This document shows, piece after piece, positions 10,370 through 22,078 of a stretch of DNA of 64,000 bases. A program made the position numbers and the translations under genes. Position 1 is the first letter of the stretch. Each line of letters starts with the position of its first letter. The DNA lies in assembly GCA_025558095.1 (NCBI GenBank), contig JAIVFI010000026.1, positions 310,001 to 374,000 on the forward strand, read 5' to 3'. Under the pieces are notes generated by a model, which was not told the origin of the DNA, ran no database searches, and saw only the letters and a list, made by a program, of their open reading frames with translations. The DNA comes from Hyaloraphidium curvatum SAG 235-1. Its lineage: Eukaryota > Fungi > Monoblepharomycota.

Positions 10370-12029
10370 ATGCCTGCCGCTGCCGAAAGCGGCAAGGGGT
10401 CGCGCCAGACCGTGGCCGGCTCGGACATCATTACCGTCAAAGTCTCGGTCGACCACCTCGACATCGTCCTGCCCCACTACGATATGGCTCGTTTGCAGAA
10501 AATCTGCAAGTCCGAGGAGTTGCCGACGGGTGGGCAGAAAGAGGAGCTCATCCGGCGGATCAAGAAGCACGGCACCACGACGTACTGGGAACTCGCGAAA
10601 GAGGACCTGCGGCGCATTCTGCAGCAAATGGGTCTGTCCATCAAAGGAACGGAGACGGATCTTGTCCGACGGATCCTGGAGAACAGCGGTGAGCTATAAG
10701 TGGTCTCACTGAGTTCCCGACTGACATGTTTACAGACTTCGTACCCGCCGGCCGTGGAGCGCACCACCAAGCATCTGATCATTACTACCGGAACTCCAAC
10801 CTGTGGTGGCTTCTATACCTTGAGGCGTGTCCCTGTGATGGGCCAGATCTCGACGCAGTGTTGCAAAAGTATAAGCCGAAGGATCTGAACCGCCTTTACG
10901 GGGATCTGCAGGGATCAAGCTGGAAAGGTGCCTCAAACAAAGACCTCCCCAGGACAGTGGATCCATCGGAACAGATCCAGGTGCTTGTGGAGCGCGGAGT
11001 GCCTGCCGATGCTTTGCGCGACGCGGATTTGCGCGTAATCCTGGCCCGCCATGGGCACTCTGCCGACGACACTGAGACTCGCAAAGCCATGATCAAGAAG
11101 CTTCAGCAACTCAAGGAGGAAGAACTAGAGGCGAACGCCCGTCTGGAGGAAGCTAGCAAAGACGAGGGCCTGCGGCCCTTGAGCAAGGTGCACCTAGAGC
11201 AGCTATCGAACGAGTTGCTTCAAAAGATCTGTGGTCGCCTGAGCATTGCCGGAACTGGCTCGCGCTCGGATGTGATGCAACGTCTCAAAACTGCCGGCCT
11301 CAAGTACAAGGATTTGGAACGTAACGAGCTGAAACATATCCTCGAAGCATACGGCAAGCCACTGGCGGGTACAAAACCGCACTTAATCACTCGCTTACTC
11401 GAGATCGGTGAGCATGGATGTCTCATCAGCCGAATTACTACGCTTGTTGACACGCGTGCAGACGAGCTACCTCCACCAAGGCACGGTGCCGAGGCGACGC
11501 CCCAGCTCAAACGCCCCGCAGACGAGCCGCCCAGCAGCGCTATCTCGAAGAAGCAGCGCACCGAGGGCAGCTCCTCAGATTGTAAGGCCACGGACACTGG
11601 TTCGGCCGGCGACAAACAGGGTACATTCCCCGTGCCGAAGGGTAAGTTGCTTCTGCGATTTGACTTGCGATGCACCGAGAACGGCTCTAAAGAACGGAGC
11701 GACTAACAGAGGCCGCTGCAGATCACAGCACAATGATCCGAGTACGAATGGGGCCCAGCCCGCCGGCGGTGCCGACGGTGACGCCGCCCGAGACCCCTGA
11801 TCGCAGTGGTGCCACAGTGCACTCCGCCATCCAAGCGGCCGGCGGCAGCCTAGATGAGATCTTCGACCTCGCCTTGGCTTCGGGTCGCTCGAATGCGGAG
11901 ATTGCCGAGCTCAGGGAGTTCGCCAGGGGCCTCGCGGGTAACGATCGCCTGCTCGGCATCGTTAAGCGGGCCTTGCCGACGGGGCGGTCCAACGCAGAGA
12001 TCAAGGAGCTGATTGCCATTGCGAAGTAA
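10370..12029 (+). CDS. Multi-SAP-domain putative DNA/chromatin-binding protein
   Basis: Introns 10689-10735, 11408-11461, 11642-11709 join one frame; ~5 SAP-like motifs (e.g. LQKICKSEELPTGGQKEELIRRI, LKHILEAYGKPLAGTKPHLITRL). Confidence 0.75.
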
Positions 12030-12114
12030 ACACTGATGCAAGAAGGCGGATAATGTCGACATTACAGCGCAGAGCATACATCCGGTTGTCATCAGTTCGC
12101 GTGCGCCACTCATG

Positions 12115-14150
12115 CTACGCCGCCGTGTGCGAGAAGCTGCACGACGGCTCCAGGTTCGCCGCCAGCGAGCAGCACCTCCTCGCCACGGCTTCCCTCCTGT
12201 CCCCGGCCAGTGGTATGTGCCGCAGCAGCAGCGAGCACAGCGACGCGGCGCCCATGATGCCCGCCGCCGCGATCCATGCGGCCGAGAATCCCTGGCGGCG
12301 CGCTGCGTAGTTGGCCGCGTCCAGGCCCGACACGGGGCCGGGCTGCGCGAGGTCCGGGTATCCTGTGGTCAGCTGCGACATCATGGCCGGGAAACCCGAG
12401 GCGTAGTAGGTCGCGAGCAGCGCCGCCTGCACCTCGACCGGCCACCCGAACGACGCCAGCAGCTCGGGCAGCTGAGCATCCAGCACCCCCCTTGCAACCA
12501 CAACGGGGATCAGCGAGAGCACGGTGATGCCCGCCGAGCCGCCGGCAAAGTAAAGGCTCGAACGGACGGCGGTCGCTTGCGCGATCGACTCGGGGGGCAC
12601 GCTGAGCTGCGCGACCACGGCGGGGACGACCTTGAAGGCCCCGAAGGCGGTGCCGTAGGCGACCTGCGATACGAGGGCCATCCAGGATGTGGATGCGGTG
12701 GCGAACTGCGGGAGGGTGGAGTTCAGTCTGTCGATGGTCGCGGTGAGAGGCGGTCGAAAGGACCCACGATCGGCAGGATCGTCGCGAAGCACGCGAACAG
12801 GCACGCAACCCAGATCAACTCTCTCGTGCGCCCCGATTTCTGCACCAGGAAGCCCGTCCCAAGGCTCACGGCCATGATCAGGATCGACCCTGGCAGGGTC
12901 CACGTGCCCGTCGTGGTCCCGTTGACGCCAAAGACGGCCTGCGCCCACGTCGGGAAGATGAAGGGGTATCCCGCGCCGATGGCCCCGGAGAGGAAGGAAA
13001 AGGCCGAGATGCTGTTGAAGTTGCGTGTGCTGAAGAAGGAGAGGGGGATAAGGGGGTGCTTGGCGAACTTGCCCTCGTAGAGAAGGAAGCACGCGAGCAG
13101 GACGCCGCCGGCGCAGAGGAGGGCGATGACGGCGGGGTTGTTGAAGGTCTTGAGACCGCCGCCGCCGATGTTGAGCCCTATCAGGAGGGAGAAGCTGCCG
13201 GCGAACCAGAGGAACGAGCCGCCCCAGTCGATGGTGGAGAGCATGGCTGCGAGCCGCGAGGGGGTTTTGGTTGGGGGCCCTTCGGCGCTGACGTCCGCGT
13301 CGCTGTCAAGGAGCGCTCGGGCATCTTCGGGAGGTAGCGTCTCGGTGAAGAGAAAGACGTAGCACAGGGCGACGACGGCGCAGAGAATGGCGATGGTGTA
13401 GAACACCCAGCGCCAGCCGGGTCCATCGGCGTAGTAGCCGCACAGCACGGGAGCTATCATACCGAATGTGCCCGAGACGACCGAGGCAACCCCGAGCCAG
13501 GTCCCACGCTGCGCGACTGACACGATTTCGGCGATCACCAGGGGCGTGAATAGGTAGATTCCTGCCCCGCTGACGCCCATGAGGCCCCGCCAGGTAATGA
13601 CGAGCCAGATCGACGAGGTGGAGACGGCCAGGAGAACGGCAAAGAGCGACACGGTTGCCGCGGCCGTGACGGCGACCCAGCGCCGCCCAAAGACGTCCGC
13701 TGCCACAGCAAACATGGGCCCCGCGCCCACTGCAGCGCAGACCGCGATGGAGCCGAGGAGAGATATGACGCCCGCGGCATCGAACTCGGCTGCGATCTTT
13801 GGGATCGCGAGAGGCACGCCCGAGGCGATAAAGGCGTAGTTGGCGCCGGAGAGCGCGGCGCACGTGAAGCTTCCCCAGAACACGCGGCCGGTGGGCAGCG
13901 TCCGCTCGTTGGGCGCCGTGGCGGCGCGCTCGATGGCGCTCCGCAGCTTCTCCGTCGCGACGCGCTGCATCTCCTTGGCGGCCGCCGCGGGCGCGCCTGC
14001 AGCCGCAGCCGTCCCGCCCGTCGCGGCGCGCACGACCGTCGTCCTCCGTTCGAGCGCGGTGTAGGGCGAATAGCCGCGGCAGACAACGGGCACCGCCGTG
14101 GCGTCGGCGTCTGCGGGGAACCGCGATGCGGCGGACTTCTTGTCCTCCAT
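12115..14150 (-). CDS. MFS transporter, 14-TM DHA2/TRI12-like drug:H+ antiporter
   Basis: ADVFGRRW motif A, GPGWRWVFY, IDWGG, EGKFAKHPLIPLSFF; intron 12706-12767. Confidence 0.88.
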
Positions 14151-14578
14151 CGCGGGCCCGCTCCTCCGAACTCTGACTGCGAGGGAACCCTGCTCGAGTC
14201 AGGTGTGGGGGGTGAGGAGTCAGGGTGCAGGGGACACTCGTGGGTCTGGCCGTCAGTCGGAGTTTCCCCGTTGGATCCCTGTTTGCTCGCTCCGATGCTG
14301 GCCGCCAGATCCTCGATTCCGCCTTTCACGAGAGTCAATGGAGAGCTACTCGCTCACGGAGCGGTTTGCCGACACGAGTATCTCGCCGACGTAGACCGGG
14401 CGGCGAGAACGAGACATGGACGAGAAGATCGAGCATATGGGCAAGAGGCGTGTAGAGTACTACGCTACTGATGTATGTGACCTTTCGGAATTGGAATCAG
14501 CAGCTGAATTGGTTTGGCGGGAGAGTGCACGGCAAGAACATCCGATCGGTCGAAACGACACCGCCACGTCACACCAAC

Positions 14579-15595
14579 ATGTCGTCCTCCTTCGACGTCG
14601 AAACCTGCGTCCCCTATGCGCTCGACGACCCGGTGTGGCCAGAAGTGCTCGCGGACCAGGGCTACGTCGCCGTCGCGGCCCTGACGGCCGAGGAGGCCCG
14701 CGCCGCGCACGAAGCTCTGTGGAAATGGATCACGGACCGCTTCCCCCGCGTCGTCCGCGGCCGGCCCGAGACCTACACCCTCGAGAATTATCCGGACAAC
14801 GTCCACGGCATCCTCAAGTCCTACGGGGCGGGGCAGGCCGAGTTCCTGTGGCGCCTGCGCACGCACCCCGCCGTGCTCTCCGCCTTCGCACAGATTTGGA
14901 AGGAGCCCACCTCGGAGCTGATCACGTCGTTCGACGGCTTCTGCATCTACCCCGCGGGCTTCGGCGCCAGGGCCGGCTCCTGGCCTCACCGGGACCAGGA
15001 CCCGAACGTCAATTCGCGGCTGTGCATCCAGGGCCAGGTCGTCCTCAGCGCTCCCGACGACGGGGGTTACGTCCTCTGGCCCTCGACGTACAAGACGGAC
15101 TTTTCAAAGTTCTACAATACTCCAAAGTGAAGGGGCACTGGTACAAGATCCCCAACGAGCACCCGCTCCCCAACGGCACTCTGCTCAAGGCTCCGCCCGG
15201 GACGCTCATCCTTTGGGATTCGTGCGTCGTGCACCAGAACACGCCGGGATCGGGCCGCGTCGACAGATCAACCGCTTTCGTTTGCATGGTTCCGCGATCG
15301 TTCGCCTCGGCGGCGACGCTGCGCAAGCGCCAGTCCTACTTCCTCGCCGGCCGCACCACGTCGCACTGGCCTCACCAGGTGAGCTTCGGCGGCAAACCTT
15401 CGCAACGCCGGACACGCTAATCCTAGACGCACGCTGGACCAGGTCAAGGTCAACCCCGACGCGGTGAGCTTCCGATCCAAGTACAAGACGCAGCCGAAGG
15501 ATGTCATGGCCAACTTCAAGCAGACGCTGGCGGGAGACAAAACTGTACGCCGGCTCGTTGGATTTGAAAAGAGCTTCATTTTGGTGGGGCTTTAG
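14579..15595 (+). CDS. PhyH-like Fe(II)/2-oxoglutarate dioxygenase with an internal 1-nt frameshift
   Basis: LITSFDG, WPHRDQD (HxD), CIQGQV, then in another frame ILWDSCVVHQN and RTTSHWPH; shift near 15120-15130; intron 15379-15442. Confidence 0.8.
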
Positions 15596-15628
15596 CTTTT
15601 GCGCGTCGTTGATTTGCCTCGCGCCCAA

Positions 15629-16815
15629 CTACACTCTGTTGGGGCACCTTCCCATGTCGTGGCCCTTGATCCCGCACGTGATGCATGTCGCACCGCCGCC
15701 AGCGCGACCTTTCCGCGCAGTGCCGATCGCCATGCCCATCGTCGGCCGCGCGAGGCATGCCGAGATCCACAACTTCCGCGCAGCGTGCTCGGTTAGGGTG
15801 AGCATGTCGAGGAAGGCGGTGTTGCTCGTGTGCATGTAGTCGAGCCGGTATTTGGAACCGATGCGTTCGTAAATGGGGACCAGCGCGACGGTGCCAGCTA
15901 CGCCAGAAGCCTTGAAAAAGACCTGACGACGAAGGGGCAACTATGATCAGCGGTCCCTTTCCAGAGAACCGGCACGCGTCGAACCTTTTTCTCGAAAAAA
16001 TCCTGTGCGGAATTGTTCCCAGTGATGGTAGAGAACCAGCAGCGCAGGTTTGCATCCGGAAGCGTCTCCGCCCTAGCGCGCAGGGATGCTTTCTCGCCGG
16101 CCGGAGCGCCACCATCCCGATCGAGGTAGATCCGCACCCTGGCGGGAAATTCGGATTGGTCCATGGCAGACTCGCGTACAGAAATCGCCGCGGCTTGCTC
16201 CGGCACTCCGGCTTCGAACTCGAAGGAATTCGAGCTGTCACGGCCGACTAGCTTCAGGGTATCTTCCTGGTTGACGATCGATGCTTGTGCGGAAAAGTGC
16301 GACTTCTCCCGCACGGCAGCGCCCTTTGCGTTGCGGCTACGACATGCGCCACAATAAGGGGAAAGACGGATGACGGCAGTGTTGCCAACCTACCTGAAAC
16401 GAGCATTCAATGCCAGCGAAACCACCACCCGCATGCCCTTCCCGAAGTCGCACTGGAAGGTTCTTTCGACGGTAGGAGCGAGCACCAGCCAGGCCGCTTT
16501 GAACGAGCGAGCGAAGCACACAAGCGATGGAGGAGGAAGCCTGGACGCGATCTCGAGCAGCATGACGTCCGGCAAGTCGACGAGCTTCATGGGCGGGCGC
16601 TTCGCCGGCGGCGCCAGTTTCGGCGCGGATGTTGGCAGCGGCTTTGGCGCGGGCTTGGTGGTCGCCGCGGGTCCCGCTTTCGCGGCCTCCGGGGCACGTC
16701 TCGAACTTCCGGCCACGGGGGCCGCGCGGCGCGTGTGCGAGAAGGGACATTCGGCGCCGCGGCGGCAATGCCCACGCGCGAAGAACTTGCAAGCGGTCTC
16801 CTTGGGCGGCGCCAT
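15629..16815 (-). CDS. CCCH zinc finger + F-box-like + CCHC zinc knuckle protein
   Basis: CKFFARGHCRRGAECPFSH; LVDLPDVMLLEIASRL; CITCGIKGHDMGRC; introns 16337-16393 and 15923-15984 keep the frame. Confidence 0.8.
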
Positions 16816-16928
16816 AGTGATGACGCGGCGCGTGCGGGCCTCTGCGGGTTCTCTGAGAGCGTTTCGAAACGCGCAGCTCTTGCCGCAGGAAATGAGCCGA
16901 CTGCAGCGCGTTATTAGCTCTGGCTTCC

Positions 16929-17827
16929 TCTACGCACGGATTGGGGCCCGCTTTGTGGGCACGGGCCGGCCATCGCCCCGCGTCGCGAGCTTCTCGACCT
17001 CGGGCGTCGCCCGGTCGGCGTACAACGTGAGGGCGCCCTGGCCCCTTCGGAAGCACTCCTGGACGAACCTTGCACCAGGTCTCGGTCAAATGGGAGCACG
17101 AGAACGATCCGAATCGGCTGTCTTTCGTCGGCACGGACGCGCGGGGGCAGAAGATGAAGATGGCGCCGTCCAAGAGCGAGGGACTTGAGGGTGTCGCCCC
17201 GATGCAGGTCCGTTGACTCGTACCGGCGGTCGAACATGGCCGTGTTCGCGTTTGGAGCGCTTCTCTCGAGCCCTCTGGGCCCATGGAAGACTCGGACATT
17301 TCGCGACGGCAATCCTCCAATGTCTTTTTCAAGCTCTGACCATCGCCTCACTCATGCAGGCATTACTGATGGCTCTTGGTGGTTGCTCCATGGTCGGTTC
17401 ACCTCTGCCGGATCTCACAGCGTCGGGCCTCACCATTCTGCGATGACAGTACGACATCGTCGCGATCTTGAAGAAGCAACGTCAACCGCTAAAGGACGTG
17501 GACATTGCGATCTCTGGTGACCGCGCGGAGGAGACCCCGAACCCGTGGAAGACGATCAAGATGACTGTGGGTCAATCGTTGGATGCTAGCGCTGCTAGGT
17601 AACTGCTTGGCGACAGGTACACCTCTATCCGGAAGCGGGAAAGACTTTGGACCCCAAAAAGGTTCGAAGGGACCTGGAAGCTGTGCCCTGCTTATGCTGA
17701 TCTCGCTTGCCAGGCGGAGCAAGCCTGCAAGCTCGCGATCGAGAAGTACTGCGGCGTCCACGCTACCATCAGCGGCGGTGGCAAGACGGACATCACTTGG
17801 GGCATTGAAGTACACAACAGCTAGCAT
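16929..17827 (-). CDS. Hypothetical protein, exon structure uncertain
   Basis: Coding-like pieces MLAVVYFNAPSDVRL..., LLDGAIFIFCPRA|FVQECFRRGQGALTLYADR can be joined by a plausible GT-AG intron; no recognisable motif. Confidence 0.35.
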
Positions 17828-18002
17828 GTATGCTTGATTTCATTCAGATCTTTGTCGTTTGGCAATCCGCGGGGTTCGAAGCAAAACAGACCAGAGCGCG
17901 GGAGACGACGACGCCGCCGCCTAAGTCAACGCGTTTATTTGCACTCCGTGGAACGCGCCCAGAACCCAGCGAAAGCGCTCATCAGAGCTTCGGGAGCCGC
18001 CG

Positions 18003-21000
18003 ATGGCGAAAGGAAAACAACCGGCAGCCGAACCGGCGGCGGTGCCGAGCGAATCGCTCGTCGTCGTTGGCGTCGCCGACTCCGACGGCCCCTCGGCGGC
18101 GTCCCCGTCACCCGCGCTCCTGAAGCTGCATCTTGCGGTACGGCTCGCCGGGGCAGACTTTTCTGCTGCTGCGAAGCCGCTGCCGAAGGAAGCCGCGGTC
18201 TGGCGCACCTCAGGTGGGTGCTGCCGGCCCTCGGACTGTTCCACCAGTGGTGACGGCGTTCGGGCCCACAGCATTCCTGGAGCTTCCGAATGGGCAGCCT
18301 GCGATATACGTGGCCAACACGGCGGTTAAATATTTGCTGGGAAAGTCGGCAGATCCGGCCAGGCAGGCCGTGACGGACTCGTGGGCCGAGTGGGAGGAAA
18401 CGACTCTCGCGCCCGTCGCAGGCCCGTCGGGCGGCGACAAGCTGGATCAGGCCTTGAAGACCGTGGAATCTGAAGTGGTTGGTTTCCACGTTATCTGCGG
18501 ATCTGAGGCGCTCAGTCGGTTCGACAGCTTCCTCTGTTTCCCGATCACCCTGCCTTGGAAGCAATCTTCTTTGGCACTCTCTCCTCCCTCGACCTTTCGA
18601 GACACCCGAAGCTGGCAGAGTGGAAGAACACCTTCGCCGAGAAGCCTCAAGCGATTGAGGCCGTCGCTGCTGTTGGCGGCAAGACCCTGGTGATTACGCT
18701 GCCTCCCTTTGTCACGTCAGATCTGACCGTCGCGCAGGTCTCTTCGATTCCGAGAAAGCTTCGGGAAGGAATCGACATCCCGTTGGATCATCACGATCGC
18801 GTTATGTTAGTCGGCTCTTTCCGGGATCAGCTGCGTTCGGAGATCTGAATGGTCGCTCCCAACAGCCTCCCCGAGAAGGGCAAACGCAACGTCCTCATCA
18901 CCTCGGCGCTACCGTACGTGAACAATGTCCCTCATCTGGGCAACATCATCGGCTCCGTGCTCTCCGCGGACGTATTTGCCCGCTATTGCCGGCTCCGCGG
19001 CTACAACACCCTATACATCTGCGGAACGGACGAGTACGGCACGGCAACCGAGACCAAGGCCCTGGAGGAGGGAGTGACGCCGCAGGAGCTTTGTGACAAG
19101 TACCACAAGCTCCACGTGCAGACCTACACGTGGTTCGGTATCGATTTCGACTACTTCGGACGGACGACGACGCCGTGGCAGACGACGTGGGTCCTCCTCA
19201 GGCGCCGTTGTTGGCGTCTGCTAACGGGATGGCGTGGACAGTATCTGCCAAGATATCTTCTTGAAGGCTCACGGCAACAAGTACACCATCGAGGACACCA
19301 TGGTGCAGCTCTGGTGCGACAAGCACTCGGGCTTCCTTGCCGACCGCTTCGTTGAGGGAACCTGCCCCAACTGCGGCTACAACGTTAGCGACTTGCTTTT
19401 CGTCCTTTGACCTTGTGTTGACTTGCCCGTCCCTCAGGATGCTCGTGGCGACCAGTGCGATTCGTGCCAGAAGCTCCTCAACGCCGTCGAGCTCATCGAC
19501 CCGCGGTGCAAGCTTGACGGCTACACGCCCGTGCAGAAATCCTCGCGCCACCTGTTCCTCAACCTTCCCGAACTGCAATCATGGAACGAGGAGTGGATTG
19601 CCGACGTGACGGACCGGGGCAGGTGGTCATCCAACGGCAAGGCCATCACCCAATCGTGGCTCGCCGCGGGTCTTACGCCGCGGTGCATCACGAGGGATTT
19701 GAAGTGGGGCGTGCCCGTGCCGCTCGACGGATTCCGGGAAAAGGTGTTTTACGTGTGGTTCGATGCGCCGATTGGGTAAGTGGGACGGCATCTGTTTCCT
19801 TATCGACCGTTAACACTCGGCTTCTCCAAGCTACCTCTCCATCACGGCCAACTACACGGAGGAATGGGAGCAGTGGTGGAAGAACCCCGAGCACGTGGAG
19901 CTGTTCCAGTTCATGGGCAAGGACAACGTTCCGTTCCACTCTGTCATCTTCCCGTGCAGCCTCAAGGCATCCGGTGATCCGTACACGATGGTTTTCAGCA
20001 TCTCCACCTGCGGTTCGTGGTGCAGCACCGATGAGTGTCCGGGTCACTTATCCTCATGTTTTTTCAGAGTACCTGCAGTACGAATCGGGCAAGTTCTCCA
20101 AATCGCGCGGCGTCGGCGTCTTTGGCAACAACGTCATGGAGTCGGGCATTCCCGTCGAGGTGTGGCGCTACTACCTCCTCTCAAACCGACCCGAAACCGC
20201 GGACAGCCAGTTCCTTTGGAAGGACTTCATCCAGCGCAACAACGGCGAGCTGCTGGCGAACCTGGGCAACTACGTGAACCGCGTCGTGCGCTTCCTGGAC
20301 GCCAAGTACGGCGCAGTGGTGCCCGCCGCGGACCCGCAGGAGCTCAAGGAGGCCGTCCACGGTGCTTTCCTTGACGACGTCAACGCTCTCCTGGCGCAGT
20401 ACGTCGAGGCCATGGAGAACCGCCGCGAGCGGCAGGGACTGTCGATCGCCATGTCGATATCGGCGCGCGGGAACCAGTACCTGCAGGAGAACAAGCTGGA
20501 CAACAACTTGTTTGCCAACCGCCGCGCGACATGCGACACGGTCCTCTCCCTCGGCCTCAACCTCTGCTACCTCCTTTCGGCGCTTTTCTACCCCTTCATG
20601 CCGACGACTTCGGAGAGCATCCTCCGGCAAGTCAACGCTCCCGCGAGAAGAATTGAGGACTGGAGCACGGGGCACAGGTGGACCGCTGATGACATTCTCG
20701 GCGGCCACCGGATTGGCAAGGCCGAGTACTTGTTCTCGAAGATCGACGAGGCCAAGGAGGAGGAGCTCCGGTCCAAGTACGGCGGCAAGCAGGGGGCACC
20801 GGCGCAGGCGGCGGAGCCGGCTTCGGACGCCAAGAAGGGGAAGAAGGCGGCGAAGAAGGAGGCTCCGGCGAACGGGCCGGCGCCGGCGTCGAATCTCGCG
20901 CCCGAGGAGGTGGCGAGGTTGGACGCCGCGATCAAGGAGCAGGGCGACAAGGTCAGGCAGCTCAAGACCGAAAAGGCGGACGCGGCGCTGGTCAAGGTGG

Positions 21001-21047
21001 AAGTGGACAAGCTGCTGGCGCTGAAGAAGGAGCTCGGGGGAAAGTGA
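18003..21047 (+). CDS. MES1: Cytosolic methionyl-tRNA synthetase with N-terminal GST-like and C-terminal WHEP domains
   Basis: [53 protein letters not shown]; multiple short introns. Confidence 0.97.
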
Positions 21048-21086
21048 TTGCGGTCGACGGCATTGCTAGAGCTCGGGTACATGGAA

Positions 21087-21716
21087 TCAGAGCTTGGCAC
21101 AGGAAGGCCCGCCGTCATCACCCGTCCGAAAGCGCCTGAGGTTGCGCTTGTCCACCGTCCAGGCCCCGTTCTCCCAGATCACCAACACAGGTCTCTATCC
21201 TAGCAGATGATCTGCCACCTGCTCACCCAATGACATAACCTCGATGACGGTGACTCGGAACTGTAGGACGACGAAGCGATGTTCGAACGCTGCGTCGTCC
21301 CCCGGCTTCCACCCGACCGACGTGTACATGCTCGCGTACCGGTCTTTCCAGTAGGCTTTCAATTCCTCCGGCTCCGTTAGCATTCTCTCCAAGACCCCTT
21401 TGCAGACGACCTGCGTCGTCGCGTCAGGTCGGAACACCGCGAACGTCACTCGCGGATCAGCTCTGAGTTCGGCAAACTTGCGCGTACTGGCGTTGGTGGT
21501 AATCTCCAGAACCAGAGGGTCCCCAGGATGGCGTCCGCTCTCGGTTTTGGCGGCGAGGGTGCCCCGGACGGGCAGCAGGCCGACGAGCCGCGCGCTGGGC
21601 GAGGCACCGAGTCCGCCGTGGGTGATCAGGAAGCATGCGGCGTGTGAGGCGAGTGTCCGGTGGATCAGCTCGAAGACGGCGGCATCGGATGGCAACGGCA
21701 ACGTGGATTCGTCCAT
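21087..21716 (-). CDS. Pyridoxamine 5'-phosphate oxidase-like FMN-binding split-barrel protein; in-frame TAG at 21195-21197 followed by a 35-aa extension ending AKL
   Basis: CFLIT..PSAR, TNASTRKFAELRADPRVT, KAYWK..Y, IEVMS; frame continues RPVLVIWENGAW...CAKL* to 21087. Confidence 0.75.
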
Positions 21717-22078
21717 GTCGGAGCTGGGCGAAGCTGCTGCTCGTCCTGATGCGTCCGGAGGATAGAATCTCGTGTCAAACCCCGACCAGGAAGCAAATGG
21801 ATTGAAATTTGTCCGTTTCCTGCTTGCAGAGTTGGAGGAACGTCCCTAAACCTGGTTGAGGTGGAGGCGGGATGAGGCCGCCCCCCCCCCTTTTGACGGG
21901 AGACATACCGCACTTGCCTCTCCCCCTTCTCACTTGCCAGGAGCAGGTCGCCGACAGTTCGCCTTCGAAGAAAACAACGCGCCCCAAAGCGAACAGTGCT
22001 GCGTTACGCGAGGTCAACGCCTTACTTCCTGAGCACGAAGGCCCACTTTCGACTGTCATTGCTCTTCAGTGCCCGAAA

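Noticed and set aside
14416-15420. 334-aa ORF starting MDEKIEH as the dioxygenase gene
   Set aside because: Its first two-thirds is off-frame; only the part after ~15125 carries dioxygenase motifs
21195-21197. Genome-wide reassignment of TAG
   Set aside because: TAG is the apparent normal stop of other genes here (e.g. 23098, 25657, 39935, 60539)
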